Position numbers and translations under genes: made by a program. Of a stretch of 64,000 bases of DNA, positions 38,284 through 49,400 are shown piece by piece. Source of the DNA: an uncultured Lachnospiraceae bacterium (GTDB taxonomy: Bacteria; Bacillota; Clostridia; Lachnospirales; Lachnospiraceae). The DNA lies in assembly GCA_964586425.1 (NCBI GenBank), contig CAZPHI010000004.1:6956-70955 (forward strand). The letters run 5' to 3'. The notes under the pieces are model-generated. The model was not told the DNA's origin. It saw only the letters and a program-made list of their open reading frames with translations, and ran no database searches. Position 1 is the stretch's first letter. Every line of letters starts with the position of its first letter.

Positions 38284-38816
38284 CGTGAATAATCATTCCA
38301 ACGTCTATTAAGAAATACATAATCTTTTACATTGCTTTCGAATACAAAGCCACAGCGAAGAGCTGTTTTGATAGAAGCTGTATTATTGGGTGATATATAA
38401 GCTTCAATTCGGTGCATATGAAATTCACGACATACAATCTGCAATGCGTAATTAATAGCATTGCTTCCAATGCCGCATCTACGATAGGATTCGTCGATTT
38501 TATAACCAATATTGCAGCTACAGAAGGCACCATGCTTCATATTATTGAAAGATATAGTTCCAACAATAATCTCAGGGTCTGAGATAAGAGATACAAAAAA
38601 ACGAACCATATGCCCCTTAGTGAATTCAGCAAATTCGGATTCTAGCAGAGCTGCCTGATATTGACTTGTATAGAAATTGTGCGGCTTTTGTGTCTCAAAT
38701 GGTTCGAATGAAGCACGATTTCTATAATAAAAATCTAATGTTTCATTGCAGTGTGTGGCATCTAATATTTTAAGAATCAAAGTCCCATCAGAATATTCAG
38801 TTTGCATCTGGTTCAT
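38256..38816 (-). CDS. GNAT-family N-acetyltransferase (RimJ/RimL-like)
   Basis: The acetyl-CoA binding region YRRCGIGSNAINYAL fits a RimJ-like architecture. Confidence 0.85.
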   Translation of the reverse strand: MNQMQTEYSDGTLILKILDATHCNETLDFYYRNRASFEPFETQKPHNFYTSQYQAALLESEFAEFTKGHMVRFFVSLISDPEIIVGTISFNNMKHGAFCSCNIGYKIDESYRRCGIGSNAINYALQIVCREFHMHRIEAYISPNNTASIKTALRCGFVFESNVKDYVFLNRRWNDYSRYIYISTYQ

Positions 38817-38818
38817 AA

Positions 38819-39352
38819 TCAGAGTTCCTTTCCATTTTGCTTAGATGTAGATTTTTTTTGCTTACGCAGATTCTTAAAAAATGTTGTCATAAGTGAGGTG
38901 CACTCATCTTCCATAATGCCATTCTTTGTATCAACCTGATGATTGAATTGAGGCATGTTGAGTATATTAATAATTGAACCGGCACATCCAGCCTTGGGAT
39001 TCATAGCACCTATAACAACTTTAGGAATACGTGCTTGAACAATAGCACCAGCACACATCTGACATGGCTCAAGTGTTACATACATAGTACATTCCTCAAG
39101 GCGCCAGTCGTTTAAAACACGGCTGGCTTTTTTGATGGCTGAGATTTCAGCATGGCCAAGTGTGGTCTTATCAGTATTGCGTCGATTATATCCACGAGCA
39201 ATAATCTTGTTATCATACACAATTACACATCCAATAGGAACCTCCATCAGTGCAGCAGCTTTTTTTGCCTGTTTAATTGCTTCCTTCATATATTTTATGT
39301 CATTATTTTGAATAGATTTAGTATCAAATTCCATATTTTCCTCCATAGCCAA
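38819..39352 (-). CDS. tadA: tRNA adenosine(34) deaminase
   Basis: HAEISAIKKA and PCQMCAGAI zinc motifs. An alternative start at the ATG at 39334 (GGAGG 5 nt upstream) is possible. Confidence 0.93.
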   Translation of the reverse strand: MAMEENMEFDTKSIQNNDIKYMKEAIKQAKKAAALMEVPIGCVIVYDNKIIARGYNRRNTDKTTLGHAEISAIKKASRVLNDWRLEECTMYVTLEPCQMCAGAIVQARIPKVVIGAMNPKAGCAGSIINILNMPQFNHQVDTKNGIMEDECTSLMTTFFKNLRKQKKSTSKQNGKEL

Positions 39353-39451
39353 ACCTATACTTGCGATAAAGTTTAGATGTACTGATATTATATGATAATA
39401 ATTGTAAAATGAAAAGAATAATATACCAAGAGTTTTACATCGTTAATTATC

Positions 39452-39480
39452 TTGACAAAATAGGCAAATATAGATATACT
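39452..39480 (+). promoter_or_regulatory. Near-consensus sigma-A promoter upstream of the SRP RNA
   Basis: TTGACA (39452-39457), 17 nt, TATACT (39475-39480). Confidence 0.5.
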
Positions 39481-39533
39481 TTCAATATTGCTGTGGATAT
39501 ATCAGCAATCTATATTATAATTGTTTATAAAGT

Positions 39534-39800
39534 TTCCGTGCAGCCGGGGAGTTAGCGGCACCCTGTACCAGCAATCCGCTATAGCTGGGGTGATGCCGTG
39601 CTTAGGGTAGTGGCTTGTGGAGCTGCCCGATGTAAGTGGTGTTGACGTCTGGGTCTTTCGCAACAGAAATTCACGAATCATGTCAGGTCAGGAATGAAGC
39701 AGCATTAAGTGAAATCTTTTGTGTGCCGAAAGGTCGCCTGGGCCGAGCTAACTGCATCGGTAACGTCTGTGAGCTATTACACGAAGCACGACGCACGGAT
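39534..39800 (+). ncRNA. ffs: Signal recognition particle RNA, long Bacillus/Clostridium type (scRNA with Alu domain)
   Basis: Domain IV core GTCAGGTCAGGAATGAAGCAGCATTAAG at 39682-39709. Closing helix CCGTGC...GCACGG (39536 / 39798) followed by T7. GC-rich island in AT-rich DNA, at the classical position between tadA and dnaX. Confidence 0.85.
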
Positions 39801-39915
39801 TTTTTTGCGTGAATTAAGCCTATAAAATGTAGAAAACTGTTCACAAAATCTCATTTAAAGTGGTATTATTTTAATATATGTAATAATAGAAAATTACAAT
39901 GTTGGAGGACTAAGG

Positions 39916-40317
39916 ATGAGCGATGAACAATTAAAGAACAGTGAAGATATGAAACTATTTTATATGCAGCAGATGAATCGTTTTTTGGTGAAAGCAGTTA
40001 CTGTGCTTATATTGATTAGACAGCTTGCTGATGAGACAGAGTCAGTAAAGGACGCTAATAAGAGTTTTTCGAGTATTTCAGATGACTTGACATTGACAAA
40101 AGATGATGTGTCAACACTTCATGATAGTTGTGATACTTTAATGAAAGCTAACGAATCTGTCGTAGGACAGATATCTGAACTATCTGCATATAGCGAAGAA
40201 GTTGCAGCTCAGGCACAGTGCACATTAGCATTCGTTGAGGAAAGTGCGGGAGATTCAGAGGCTGTATCTAAGGATTTGGATCAGTTATATGATATGGTTC
40301 AGGAAGTAAATCAGTAA
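39916..40317 (+). CDS. Hypothetical small protein resembling a fragment of a methyl-accepting chemotaxis signalling domain
   Basis: ISELSAYSEEVAAQAQCTLAFVEES resembles the MCP signalling hairpin region. 133 aa, SD GGAGGA. Confidence 0.5.
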   Translation: MSDEQLKNSEDMKLFYMQQMNRFLVKAVTVLILIRQLADETESVKDANKSFSSISDDLTLTKDDVSTLHDSCDTLMKANESVVGQISELSAYSEEVAAQAQCTLAFVEESAGDSEAVSKDLDQLYDMVQEVNQ

Positions 40318-40334
40318 TAGATTTGATAATATGG

Positions 40335-40376
40335 GAATGGATGGTCAATATGGCCATCTATTCTTGTTTTTGTTTA
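40335..40376 (+). terminator. Rho-independent terminator
   Basis: GAATGGATGGTCA / TGGCCATCTATTC stem (13 bp including 2 G-U pairs) followed by TTGTTTTTGTTT. Confidence 0.65.
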
Positions 40377-40448
40377 CTTTAAAAAGAAATTATTATATAA
40401 TATTGAAGGAATTGTTTACTGATAGGAAGATTACAGGAGGAATGGCTG

Positions 40449-41522
40449 ATGAAAAGAATTGGGATGCTTACAAGTGGTGGAGATTGTCAGAGCCTTAATG
40501 CATCAATGCGCGGTGTTGCTAAGACACTATTTGGTTCAGGAGAAGATTTTGAGATATTAGGATTTGTAGATGGTTACAAAGGTTTAATGTATTGTAATTA
40601 TAGAATTATGAAATCAGAAGATTTTTCAGGAATTCTTACCGAAGGTGGTACAATTCTCGGAACTAGCAGACAACCTTTCAAATTAATGACTATACCGGAT
40701 GAGAATGGTAATGATAAAGTTCAATTAATGATTGACACATATAAAAAGTTGAATTTGGAATGTCTTGTAATTCTTGGAGGAAACGGTACTCACAAAACAG
40801 CCAATCTTTTGAGTGAAAGAGGCCTTAATATTGTTACACTTCCTAAGACAATCGATAATGATCTTTGGGGAACTGATGTAACATTTGGTTTTCAAAGCGC
40901 AGTTAACATAGCGACTAATGTAATTGATAATATTCATACAACAGCTTCTTCACATGGTAGGGTATTCATTGTTGAAGTTATGGGACATAAAGTAGGATGG
41001 CTTACACTTAATGCTGGAATTGCAAGTGGAGCTGATATTATTTTATTGCCGGAGATACCATATGATATAGATAAAGTTATTGAAGCATTGAATCGTAGAA
41101 CAAAACAGGGTAAGCGATTCTCGATTCTTGCTGTTGCAGAAGGAGCAATTTCAAAAGAAGATGCTGCTTTATCTAAGAAAGAACTTAAGGAAAAAAGAAA
41201 AGAACCACAATATCCGTCTATTTCATATGAGATTGGACATCAGATTGAGGAAAGAACAGGACAGGAAGTAAGAGTTACTATTCCTGGACATATGCAGCGT
41301 GGAGGAAGTCCATGTCCATATGACAGGGTGCTTTCATCAAGATTTGGTGCAGCGGCAGCGGCATTGATTATGAAGAAAGAATATGGCTTTATGGTAGGAT
41401 TAAAAGACGGAGAGATAGTTAAAGTTCCATTACAGGATGTTGCAGGAAAATTAAAATTCGTTGATCCTCAATCATCTATTGTTAAAGAAACTAAACTATT
41501 AGGTATAAGCTTCGGAGACTAG
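40449..41522 (+). CDS. pfkA: ATP-dependent-type 6-phosphofructokinase
   Basis: MKRIGMLTSGGDCQSLN, GGNGT (Gly at the ATP/PPi discriminator position), PKTIDNDL, MGHKVGWL, MQRGG. Confidence 0.92.
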   Translation: MKRIGMLTSGGDCQSLNASMRGVAKTLFGSGEDFEILGFVDGYKGLMYCNYRIMKSEDFSGILTEGGTILGTSRQPFKLMTIPDENGNDKVQLMIDTYKKLNLECLVILGGNGTHKTANLLSERGLNIVTLPKTIDNDLWGTDVTFGFQSAVNIATNVIDNIHTTASSHGRVFIVEVMGHKVGWLTLNAGIASGADIILLPEIPYDIDKVIEALNRRTKQGKRFSILAVAEGAISKEDAALSKKELKEKRKEPQYPSISYEIGHQIEERTGQEVRVTIPGHMQRGGSPCPYDRVLSSRFGAAAAALIMKKEYGFMVGLKDGEIVKVPLQDVAGKLKFVDPQSSIVKETKLLGISFGD

Positions 41523-41574
41523 GCCAGAGTAGGTATAGAAGTAATATAAAAAAGGTTGTAAATGGAGGAATATA

Positions 41575-43146
41575 ATGGCATATACAGCATTATATAGAAA
41601 GTGGCGACCATCTGAATTTGAAGATGTCAAAGGTCAGGACCATATTGTTACAACATTGAAGAATCAGATAAAAGCTGATAGAATTGGACATGCATATTTA
41701 TTCTGTGGAACAAGAGGAACAGGTAAGACAACTATAGCAAAAATTCTTGCTAAAGCAGTTAACTGTGAGCATCCTGTTGATGGAAGTCCATGTGGTGAAT
41801 GTGAAAGCTGTAAGGCAATTGCAGCGGGAAGTTCAATGAATGTAATTGAAATAGATGCAGCATCAAATAATGGTGTTGATAATATTCGTGAGATAAGAGA
41901 TGAAGTACAGTATTCACCTACATCAGGCAAATATAAGGTTTATATTATTGATGAGGTTCATATGCTGTCTATAGGAGCATTTAACGCGCTCCTTAAGACA
42001 CTTGAAGAACCACCGGCATATGTAATATTTATATTAGCCACAACTGAAGCTCATAAGATACCGATAACTATTCTTTCGAGATGTCAGCGTTATGATTTCA
42101 AACGAATATCAATAGAAACTATTGCAGACCGTTTGAAAGAATTAATGATTGCAGAGAATATCAATGTAGAAGATAAAGCAATTCGATATGTAGCAAAAGC
42201 TGCAGATGGATCAATGCGAGACGCACTCAGCCTATTGGACCAGTGTATAGCATTTTACCTGGGAAAAGACCTAAAATACGACAATGTATTGGAGGTTTTA
42301 GGCGCAGTTGATGTGGAAGTATTCAGTAAAATGCTTCGAAGCGTCCTGGCTAGTGATACTGGCGCATGTATTCGCCAGTTGGAGGAGCTTGTAATGCAGG
42401 GACGTGATTTGAATCAGTTTGTTCTTGATTTTACATGGTATATGAGGAATCTTTTGCTCATACAATCATCAGATTCAGTTGAGGATGTTATTGATGTCTC
42501 AACAGATCAGATAAAGATTCTAAAAGAAGAATCCAAGATGATAGATGGCGACACATTGATGAGATATATTAGAATTTTCTCTGAACTTTCTAATAATATA
42601 AAGTTCTCAACACAGAAGAGAATTCTGGTTGAGATAGCACTGATAAAGCTTACAAAACCTGCCATGGAGCAGAATTATGATGATATACTAAGCAGACTCA
42701 CAATGCTTGAAAAAAGAATTGATGAAGGCATTGTAGTAACTAATGCATCTAATATGCAGATGGGCGCTAATACAGTTAGTGAAGCACCAAAGGAAGTTAG
42801 AAAAGCAGAACGTGCTGATATGGAACGAATCTGCGTCAATGCAAAAGGGATTATTGGGGCCAATGCTGAACTGACATGTAAGTTTTTATTTGCCCGAGAA
42901 GACAGTTTCAAGATGACTGTTGATAATGATAAGATTCTAATCTACACAAGTATAACACCTGGTGATAGAAAGAATATATATGAAGCTGAATTGAACAGAT
43001 TCTTTAAAGAAACAGAAGGAATAGATGTAGATTTTGAATTCAGCGAAAAAGAGATGGCTCAAACTGAGTCAGATGAAGGAATGCCAAGTGGCATTAATAT
43101 TGAACAATTTGATACTATAGAAAATGATGATCTTAAGGAGGTATAA
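41575..43146 (+). CDS. dnaX: DNA polymerase III subunit gamma/tau
   Basis: [22 protein letters not shown], Zn module [19 protein letters not shown]. Confidence 0.96.
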   Translation: MAYTALYRKWRPSEFEDVKGQDHIVTTLKNQIKADRIGHAYLFCGTRGTGKTTIAKILAKAVNCEHPVDGSPCGECESCKAIAAGSSMNVIEIDAASNNGVDNIREIRDEVQYSPTSGKYKVYIIDEVHMLSIGAFNALLKTLEEPPAYVIFILATTEAHKIPITILSRCQRYDFKRISIETIADRLKELMIAENINVEDKAIRYVAKAADGSMRDALSLLDQCIAFYLGKDLKYDNVLEVLGAVDVEVFSKMLRSVLASDTGACIRQLEELVMQGRDLNQFVLDFTWYMRNLLLIQSSDSVEDVIDVSTDQIKILKEESKMIDGDTLMRYIRIFSELSNNIKFSTQKRILVEIALIKLTKPAMEQNYDDILSRLTMLEKRIDEGIVVTNASNMQMGANTVSEAPKEVRKAERADMERICVNAKGIIGANAELTCKFLFAREDSFKMTVDNDKILIYTSITPGDRKNIYEAELNRFFKETEGIDVDFEFSEKEMAQTESDEGMPSGINIEQFDTIENDDLKEV

Positions 43147-43151
43147 TTACA

Positions 43152-43502
43152 ATGGCAAAGCGTGGAGGATTCCCTGGTGGTATGCCAGGTAACATGAATA
43201 ATCTTATGAAACAGGCTCAGAGAATGCAGAAGCAGATGGAGGAGTCTACAAAAGAGTTAGAAACAAAGGAATTTACTGCTACAGCAGGTGGTGGAGCAGT
43301 TGAAGTAACTGTAACAGGTAAGAAAGAAGTTGCAAAGGTAAAATTATCACCAGAAGTTGTAGATCCTGATGATATTGAGATGCTTGAAGACTTAATAGTT
43401 GCTGCAACTAATGAAGCATTAAGAAAGATGGAAGATGAATCACAGTCACAGATGTCAAAGATTACTGGTGGTCTAGGAGGACTTGGTGGAGGTTTATTCT
43501 AA
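43152..43502 (+). CDS. ybaB: YbaB/EbfC-family nucleoid-associated protein
   Basis: [17 protein letters not shown]...[15 protein letters not shown].... Confidence 0.95.
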   Translation: MAKRGGFPGGMPGNMNNLMKQAQRMQKQMEESTKELETKEFTATAGGGAVEVTVTGKKEVAKVKLSPEVVDPDDIEMLEDLIVAATNEALRKMEDESQSQMSKITGGLGGLGGGLF

Positions 43503-43563
43503 GTTAAATTATAATAAGCCAGATATCAAGAAAAAGCAAAGGAATCTATAGGACGGTGAGACG

Positions 43564-44160
43564 ATGGATCTTTACGGAAGTCAGATTAATAGATTAATAG
43601 AAGAACTTGGAAGATTACCAGGCGTTGGAGCTAAATCAGCACAACGTCTGGCATTTCACATTATTAATATGCCATCAGAGGATGTTAGTCGTCTTGCAGA
43701 TGCAATTGTGGATGCAAAATCAAAGGTTCGCTATTGCAAGGAATGCTATACTCTTACAGATGATGAGCTATGCCCGATTTGCAAGAATGCAAAGAGAAAT
43801 CATAGAGTGATTATGGTAGTTGAGACTCCAAGAGATATGGCGGCATATGAGAAAACACAGAAGTATGAAGGCGTATATCACGTACTTCATGGGGCGATAT
43901 CACCAATGCTAGGAATTGGGCCTAACGATATAAAGCTGAAAGAATTAATGCTTAGACTTCAGCAGGATGTCGATGAAGTGATTATCGCAACAAATTCAAG
44001 CCTCGAAGGGGAGACAACGGCGATGTATATTAGTAAACTTGTCAAACCAACAGGCATTAAGGTTACAAGAATAGCAAGTGGAGTTCCAGTCGGAGGCGAT
44101 TTGGAATATATTGATGAAGTTACACTTCTTCGTGCACTTGATGGTAGAACAGAACTTTAA
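43564..44160 (+). CDS. recR: Recombination protein RecR
   Basis: LIEELGRLPGVGAKSAQRLAFH, Zn finger C..C...C.IC, Toprim VVE...D.... Confidence 0.97.
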   Translation: MDLYGSQINRLIEELGRLPGVGAKSAQRLAFHIINMPSEDVSRLADAIVDAKSKVRYCKECYTLTDDELCPICKNAKRNHRVIMVVETPRDMAAYEKTQKYEGVYHVLHGAISPMLGIGPNDIKLKELMLRLQQDVDEVIIATNSSLEGETTAMYISKLVKPTGIKVTRIASGVPVGGDLEYIDEVTLLRALDGRTEL

Positions 44161-44185
44161 AAATATGTAAGATAAGGACGCAGAT

Positions 44186-45718
44186 ATGGCTACAGAACAC
44201 ATTTTCCTGAATGATATTATATCCGATCACAGAGAAAGAATGCTGAATATAAAGAAGTATTATCCATTCTTTAAATTATGCGATATATCTTTCTCTCAGT
44301 TTAAGGACGGCAAATATCAGGTTTTAGATATGGGATATATTGTTATGGCCATTTTGCGCTTTTTTATTGAGGAGAATAATTTTAAAGAAAAAGACGTTAC
44401 GTATGTTGAGTTTGTAGCATTTGTATCACAATGTGTAAGACGTGATTTTGCGATGGAACTTACTGCGGATGAATATAAGGAAATTGCCGATTTTGTCTTT
44501 GACAAGATTAAGAATGATGGCAGGCCTTTTGATTTTGAATATTTTGATCCTGTTGATAGAAAGAAACGAATTTCAAGAATGAAGGTTATTGAGAGCAGGA
44601 TTATTGATAATACAGTTTGGTATTCGATTAGTGCGGATGCTATAGAGTTCTATTTAGATACCAAAGAGATTAAGGATGAAAGTCGTATTAGTGTACAGCA
44701 GCTTCTCTTGGAGAAGATGATAAATGCTCAGGATTTTGGTGGTGGAACTCAGGTTATTGCTAGAATAAACGAAGAAGTAAATCGTCTTTTGCAAAAGAAA
44801 AATGAAGTGCTGAATATCCTATCTGCAGATGTATATGCTGGAATGGATGCCTACGACGAATTTGTTGATACGGGTATGCGTTGGTTTGATGATGAGGAAA
44901 AACTATTTGTTAAGAATATGGAGTTGATTGAGGCTGCAAGAAAAAGAGCAGAGGAAAATCAATCTGTTGCACCAAGAACGCAGGCAATTACACAGATATA
45001 TGAACTTGAAAATCAACTAAAAATTGCTATTAATAAACATAGCGAATTGCTTAGAGCATGCACGGATATGCAAAAGATGACGGATGATATTGTACGCAGG
45101 GCGAAGTTAAGCAGATTCAGAAGTCATCTGGATTTTGCAGGTGCGCTTAAGGATATGATCGAAACAGATAATGCAGATTTCATGAGCATGATAATCGCAC
45201 CATTATTAAAACCTCATGCAACAAAAACATTTTACCTTAAAAATATTGATGAATGCCTCAATGTTAAGAGTGGAAGGTATGAAAAGGCGGAAAAGATAAG
45301 TCGTGAACCACAGAAGGATATTGTGTTTGATGATGAGATAGAAGAAGAGAGAATCGAACATAACTATTGCTTCTTTATGGGATGTATAGTTGAGATGTTG
45401 AAGAGTCAGAATACATTCACATTAAGAGATTTGAATGAGTATCTTAGCGAAAGATATTCGGAACGCATTCTTGCTAATGGTGATTATTATTCATTTATGA
45501 TTCATCTGTGTCAGAAGAAAGAGTATCATCTTGGTGAGGGCGGACGCTTTACAGAGAGCTTCTTAGATGCAATTCTTGCCAAAGAATATGCAAAGGGTGA
45601 GAGTATTGAGTTCTCAATTGAGCTTGCTCAGGGTCAGGAAGAGGATATGATTGAAATTGGCAATATATGCAGGATGACGAATATAACATTCACAAGAACT
45701 GATAATAAAGAGGAATAA
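44186..45718 (+). CDS. Unknown 510-aa protein; candidate MukF/MksF/JetA-like (kleisin-type) partner of the downstream SMC-like ATPase
   Basis: Starts 25 nt after recR with SD AAGGA. The only support for the functional call is size and position as the first gene of an F-E-B-like trio; no motif was recognised. Confidence 0.45.
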   Translation: MATEHIFLNDIISDHRERMLNIKKYYPFFKLCDISFSQFKDGKYQVLDMGYIVMAILRFFIEENNFKEKDVTYVEFVAFVSQCVRRDFAMELTADEYKEIADFVFDKIKNDGRPFDFEYFDPVDRKKRISRMKVIESRIIDNTVWYSISADAIEFYLDTKEIKDESRISVQQLLLEKMINAQDFGGGTQVIARINEEVNRLLQKKNEVLNILSADVYAGMDAYDEFVDTGMRWFDDEEKLFVKNMELIEAARKRAEENQSVAPRTQAITQIYELENQLKIAINKHSELLRACTDMQKMTDDIVRRAKLSRFRSHLDFAGALKDMIETDNADFMSMIIAPLLKPHATKTFYLKNIDECLNVKSGRYEKAEKISREPQKDIVFDDEIEEERIEHNYCFFMGCIVEMLKSQNTFTLRDLNEYLSERYSERILANGDYYSFMIHLCQKKEYHLGEGGRFTESFLDAILAKEYAKGESIEFSIELAQGQEEDMIEIGNICRMTNITFTRTDNKEE

Positions 45719-45731
45719 GGAGGAGCGAAAG

Positions 45732-46457
45732 ATGGAGACGAAGAATCTAGAGAAGGCAATGGAGATAGTAGCCAGTTTAATAGCATGTGAACCAATATCT
45801 GAAAAAGGCTCCAACAGCGCTTATTATCAGGACTACAGTTATAATTCAGAAGTGAATGAGATAGTACAAACAGCGCTTAAGAAGATGAATCTTGCGGTTT
45901 ATGAATACAACAATTCATTGTTTGTATGTGCCCTAGAGAATAATAAGGTCTTTGGTTATTCGAATGAGGAATTAAAGAAGGCTATTGGTGTAAGATTAAA
46001 TAAAGAATTGTACCTGTGTTATTTTATTATATACAACACAATTATGGAGTTTTACAGTGATTCAGCCAGCTATACATATGCTGAATTTACAAGGGTTGAG
46101 GACGTAATGAATAATGTTGATGCGTCTATTTCGGGTATTGTAGATAAGTCAGCAGGTGTAATTTTAGATGAGATAGAAGAAAACAGCTTTAAGCAGATTG
46201 CAATGTCATGGGATGAACTGCCGGCAATTAGTGATGATGAGAATTCAGGGGTTAGAGCAGCGCGTAATTCAAAGTCGGGTTATGTAAAGATGGTATTCAA
46301 CTTTCTAGTGCAGCAGGAATTATTTGTTGAATCACAGGCAAGGTTTTATCCGACAGATAGATTTAAAGCTTTGATTGAGAATTATTATGATGGATTTGGA
46401 GCAAGACTTGCACAGATATTAAACAGTAAGGAGGACGCTGATAATGCCACAGATTAA
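45732..46457 (+). CDS. Unknown acidic 241-aa protein; candidate MukE/MksE/JetB-like subunit
   Basis: Starts 13 nt after the previous stop with SD AAGGAGGAG. Its 3' end overlaps the SMC-like gene by 14 nt (translational coupling). Size matches MukE/JetB-class proteins. Confidence 0.45.
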   Translation: METKNLEKAMEIVASLIACEPISEKGSNSAYYQDYSYNSEVNEIVQTALKKMNLAVYEYNNSLFVCALENNKVFGYSNEELKKAIGVRLNKELYLCYFIIYNTIMEFYSDSASYTYAEFTRVEDVMNNVDASISGIVDKSAGVILDEIEENSFKQIAMSWDELPAISDDENSGVRAARNSKSGYVKMVFNFLVQQELFVESQARFYPTDRFKALIENYYDGFGARLAQILNSKEDADNATD

Positions 46458-49400
46458 CAGAATTCGAGTTAATAATGTTAAATACAACTTTGGAAACCAG
46501 ATGTATGATGATTTTGTTATGAGAATGTCTGGAAAGAATACGATATACGACCTGGCGAATGGTGGTGGTAAGAGTCTTCTTATGCTTCTGGTATTACAGA
46601 ATCTGATTCCGAATTGTACACTTGATGATAAACAGCCAATTGAAAAGCTTTTTCGTGGCAATACAGGGAATACAGCAATTCATTCTATGATAGAGTGGAA
46701 GCTCGATTCATGCTATGTAAAAGATGGATTTAAATATATGACAACAGGATTCTGTGCCAGAAAAGGCCGTGGTACTAATGATGATGAGGCAAGAGATGAC
46801 GCAGCAGATATTCAGGCATCAGATGCACAAAGCAATGTTAATGCGAGTGTAGAGTATTTTAATTACTGCATATTCTATCGCCAGTTTGGGGACAACGACC
46901 TTAAGAATCTTCCGTTATCAGATGGCAACGAGAGGATTACATATAATGGTTTAAAGACATATCTAAGAGATCTAGAGAAGAATGATTTTGGCGTAAAGGT
47001 TAAGATATTCGACAGAAAAGGTGATTATCAGAACTATATCAGCCAGTTTGGATTATTTGAGAGTCAATGGGAAATTGTAAGAGGAATTAATAAGACTGAA
47101 GGTCATGTAAGAACATACTTTGAGTCTAATTACAGAACCAGCCGCAAGGTAGTTGAAGATTTACTTATAGAGGAGATAATTCAGAAGTCATATAACAACA
47201 AATTAGGTGTTGAGAATGATGAAGGTGAGATGGCACAGACTCTTATCGACATCAAAGACAAGCTTTTAGAATTATCCAAAAAACACGGAGAGATGAGTAA
47301 TTTCGACAGCCAAGTTGAGGCTATAAGTGAATTCGCAGTTAAGGCTTCAGATTTTAAAAGCATTTATCAAAGAAAAGATGAACTTAAAAAGCATCTTCTA
47401 GCAATCTACCAGCAGTGTTATACGGCGTCTTCAAAGCTGGATACCTATAGTAATGTTCTTAACGACCGCAGCGAAGCGTATATCCAGAAGATTAATTATG
47501 AACAGCAGCAGATTCTTATTGCGAAGGTTATGGAAGAGGAACGTTCACTTAAGATGATTAAGGCGCAGGTTGGTGAAACACAGGCCAAGAAACAACAGTT
47601 TGTAGAGTCTAATAAAAAGCTTTATGAAGAGTTAAAATTAAAAGAAGCGGCTAATGATTACAGTGATTACGAGGAATATAGCAAAAAGAGTCAGGAAATA
47701 AAGGCTTACATTGATAACCGACTTAAAAGTAAGGATGATATTCTTAATGAGCTTAGGGAGCTGGCAGAACAAAAATATCAATTTGATAAAGTCGAACAGG
47801 ATGTTATCAATATAAAATTAAGTGATTTGGAAGAAAAACTTAATATATTAAAATCAGAGGAACAGGAATTATCAAATCAGGAAAGAGAAAATGACCGTAA
47901 GGTATACTCTATTGGAGATGCAATTGATAAGTTAAAATCAGATATTGAGAATAAGGAATCACAGCTTGCGCAGATGCAGAGCAGTGGTCTTGTTCTGGTG
48001 GCTGATGATGCAGGTGAGAAGCTTGCAGAAACAAAGGCAAAGCTTGATGATGTAAAGAATAATATAGAATCAATAAAAGAGAGCTGTAGTAAGAGTGATT
48101 CACAGGTTATTGAATATAATAAAATTGTTAATAGATTAGAAGCATTGATTAGTGTGATTGATGGGGATATTGAAGGACTGAGTCAGACAGAAGAGAAGCA
48201 GAATGCTATAAAAGAAAAAATAGATTCCATGTCTAAGATATATGATGAATATAATCCTGCTAAGCTTCTGGATATAATTGCTAATGGCTATAAGAGCAGC
48301 CTGCTGGATGTTAATCAGCTTGGAAGTGAATTAGAAGCATTAACAGCTTATGTTGAAAGATTGAAGCGTGGTGAGTATCAGTGTGATGGAAAGCAGTATA
48401 ATCAGATAGATGATTATCTTAGAAATCATTATGGACAGGATGTAATGACGGGTAATGAGTTTATGGCAACATTGAATGTCAATCAGAGAAGAGATGTTGC
48501 AAAACGTATGCCTGGAATAGAGTATGGATTTGTAATAAAAGGTGATTTTGATAGGATTAAAGCGGATACACGCCTTTCTAATATTCAGGGAAGTTCATAT
48601 ATTGTACCTGTAATTAGTGAGAATATAGTGTATGACACGAAACTTGAAATTAATTCAGATATGGTTGTGCTTGCCACAAAGAATCAGGATTTTCTGCATG
48701 ATGATGCCAGACTGGAAGCTGAATTACGTTCATCAACAGAAGAACTTGAGAATCTGTCTAGCAGATATAACAAACTTAAGGATAGAAATAATCTGTTGTG
48801 GGAGGATTACACATATGTCCTTTCGTATTGCAATATGATTGAGGGAGATGGAACTGATTCGTCACTAATTCAGCTTGAAAAACAAAAAAGCCAGAAGAGT
48901 GCTGCTCAGACAGAGTATGCAAAAGCCAAGGACAGGCTTGCGCAGGCAGAGAAGAATAGTGAGAAGCTTAAGGCTGACCTTTGGAAAGAGCAGGAAATAA
49001 AGGATGAATTATTGGCTGATTGTACTCAATTAGAGAAAATAATTGAATTGAAATCAGATATTGATAATGCTTATGTTACATTAAAACAGAGTCAGGAATC
49101 AAAGAAGCTTGCGGCTAATGAATTAGAAAGTGCAAGAGTAAAGCTTGATGAGTTGAAAATCAACATAAATAGTTTGAGATTAGAGATAGAAAACTTTAAT
49201 TCTAAAAAAGATGTAATAAATAATGAATGGCAGCAAGTGTATAGCAGATACTATGAAGGTAAAGTGACAGATGGTATGTCTACAAATTCATCTATAAATA
49301 AAACAATGGATAATGATGAGGTTAGTAGAACATATGTAGAGAGCCGCTTTATGGGTTTGAAAGATATTATTGAAAAGGAAGTATCAGATGTAAGTGATAA

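Noticed and set aside
42709-42717. A6G run (GAAAAAAGA) in dnaX at roughly the position where E. coli dnaX has its programmed -1 frameshift heptamer
   Set aside because: The codon phase here is GAA-AAA-AGA, so the run is not in the X-XXY-YYZ (A-AAA-AAG) register. I see no obvious downstream stem-loop. Firmicute dnaX is not known to frameshift.
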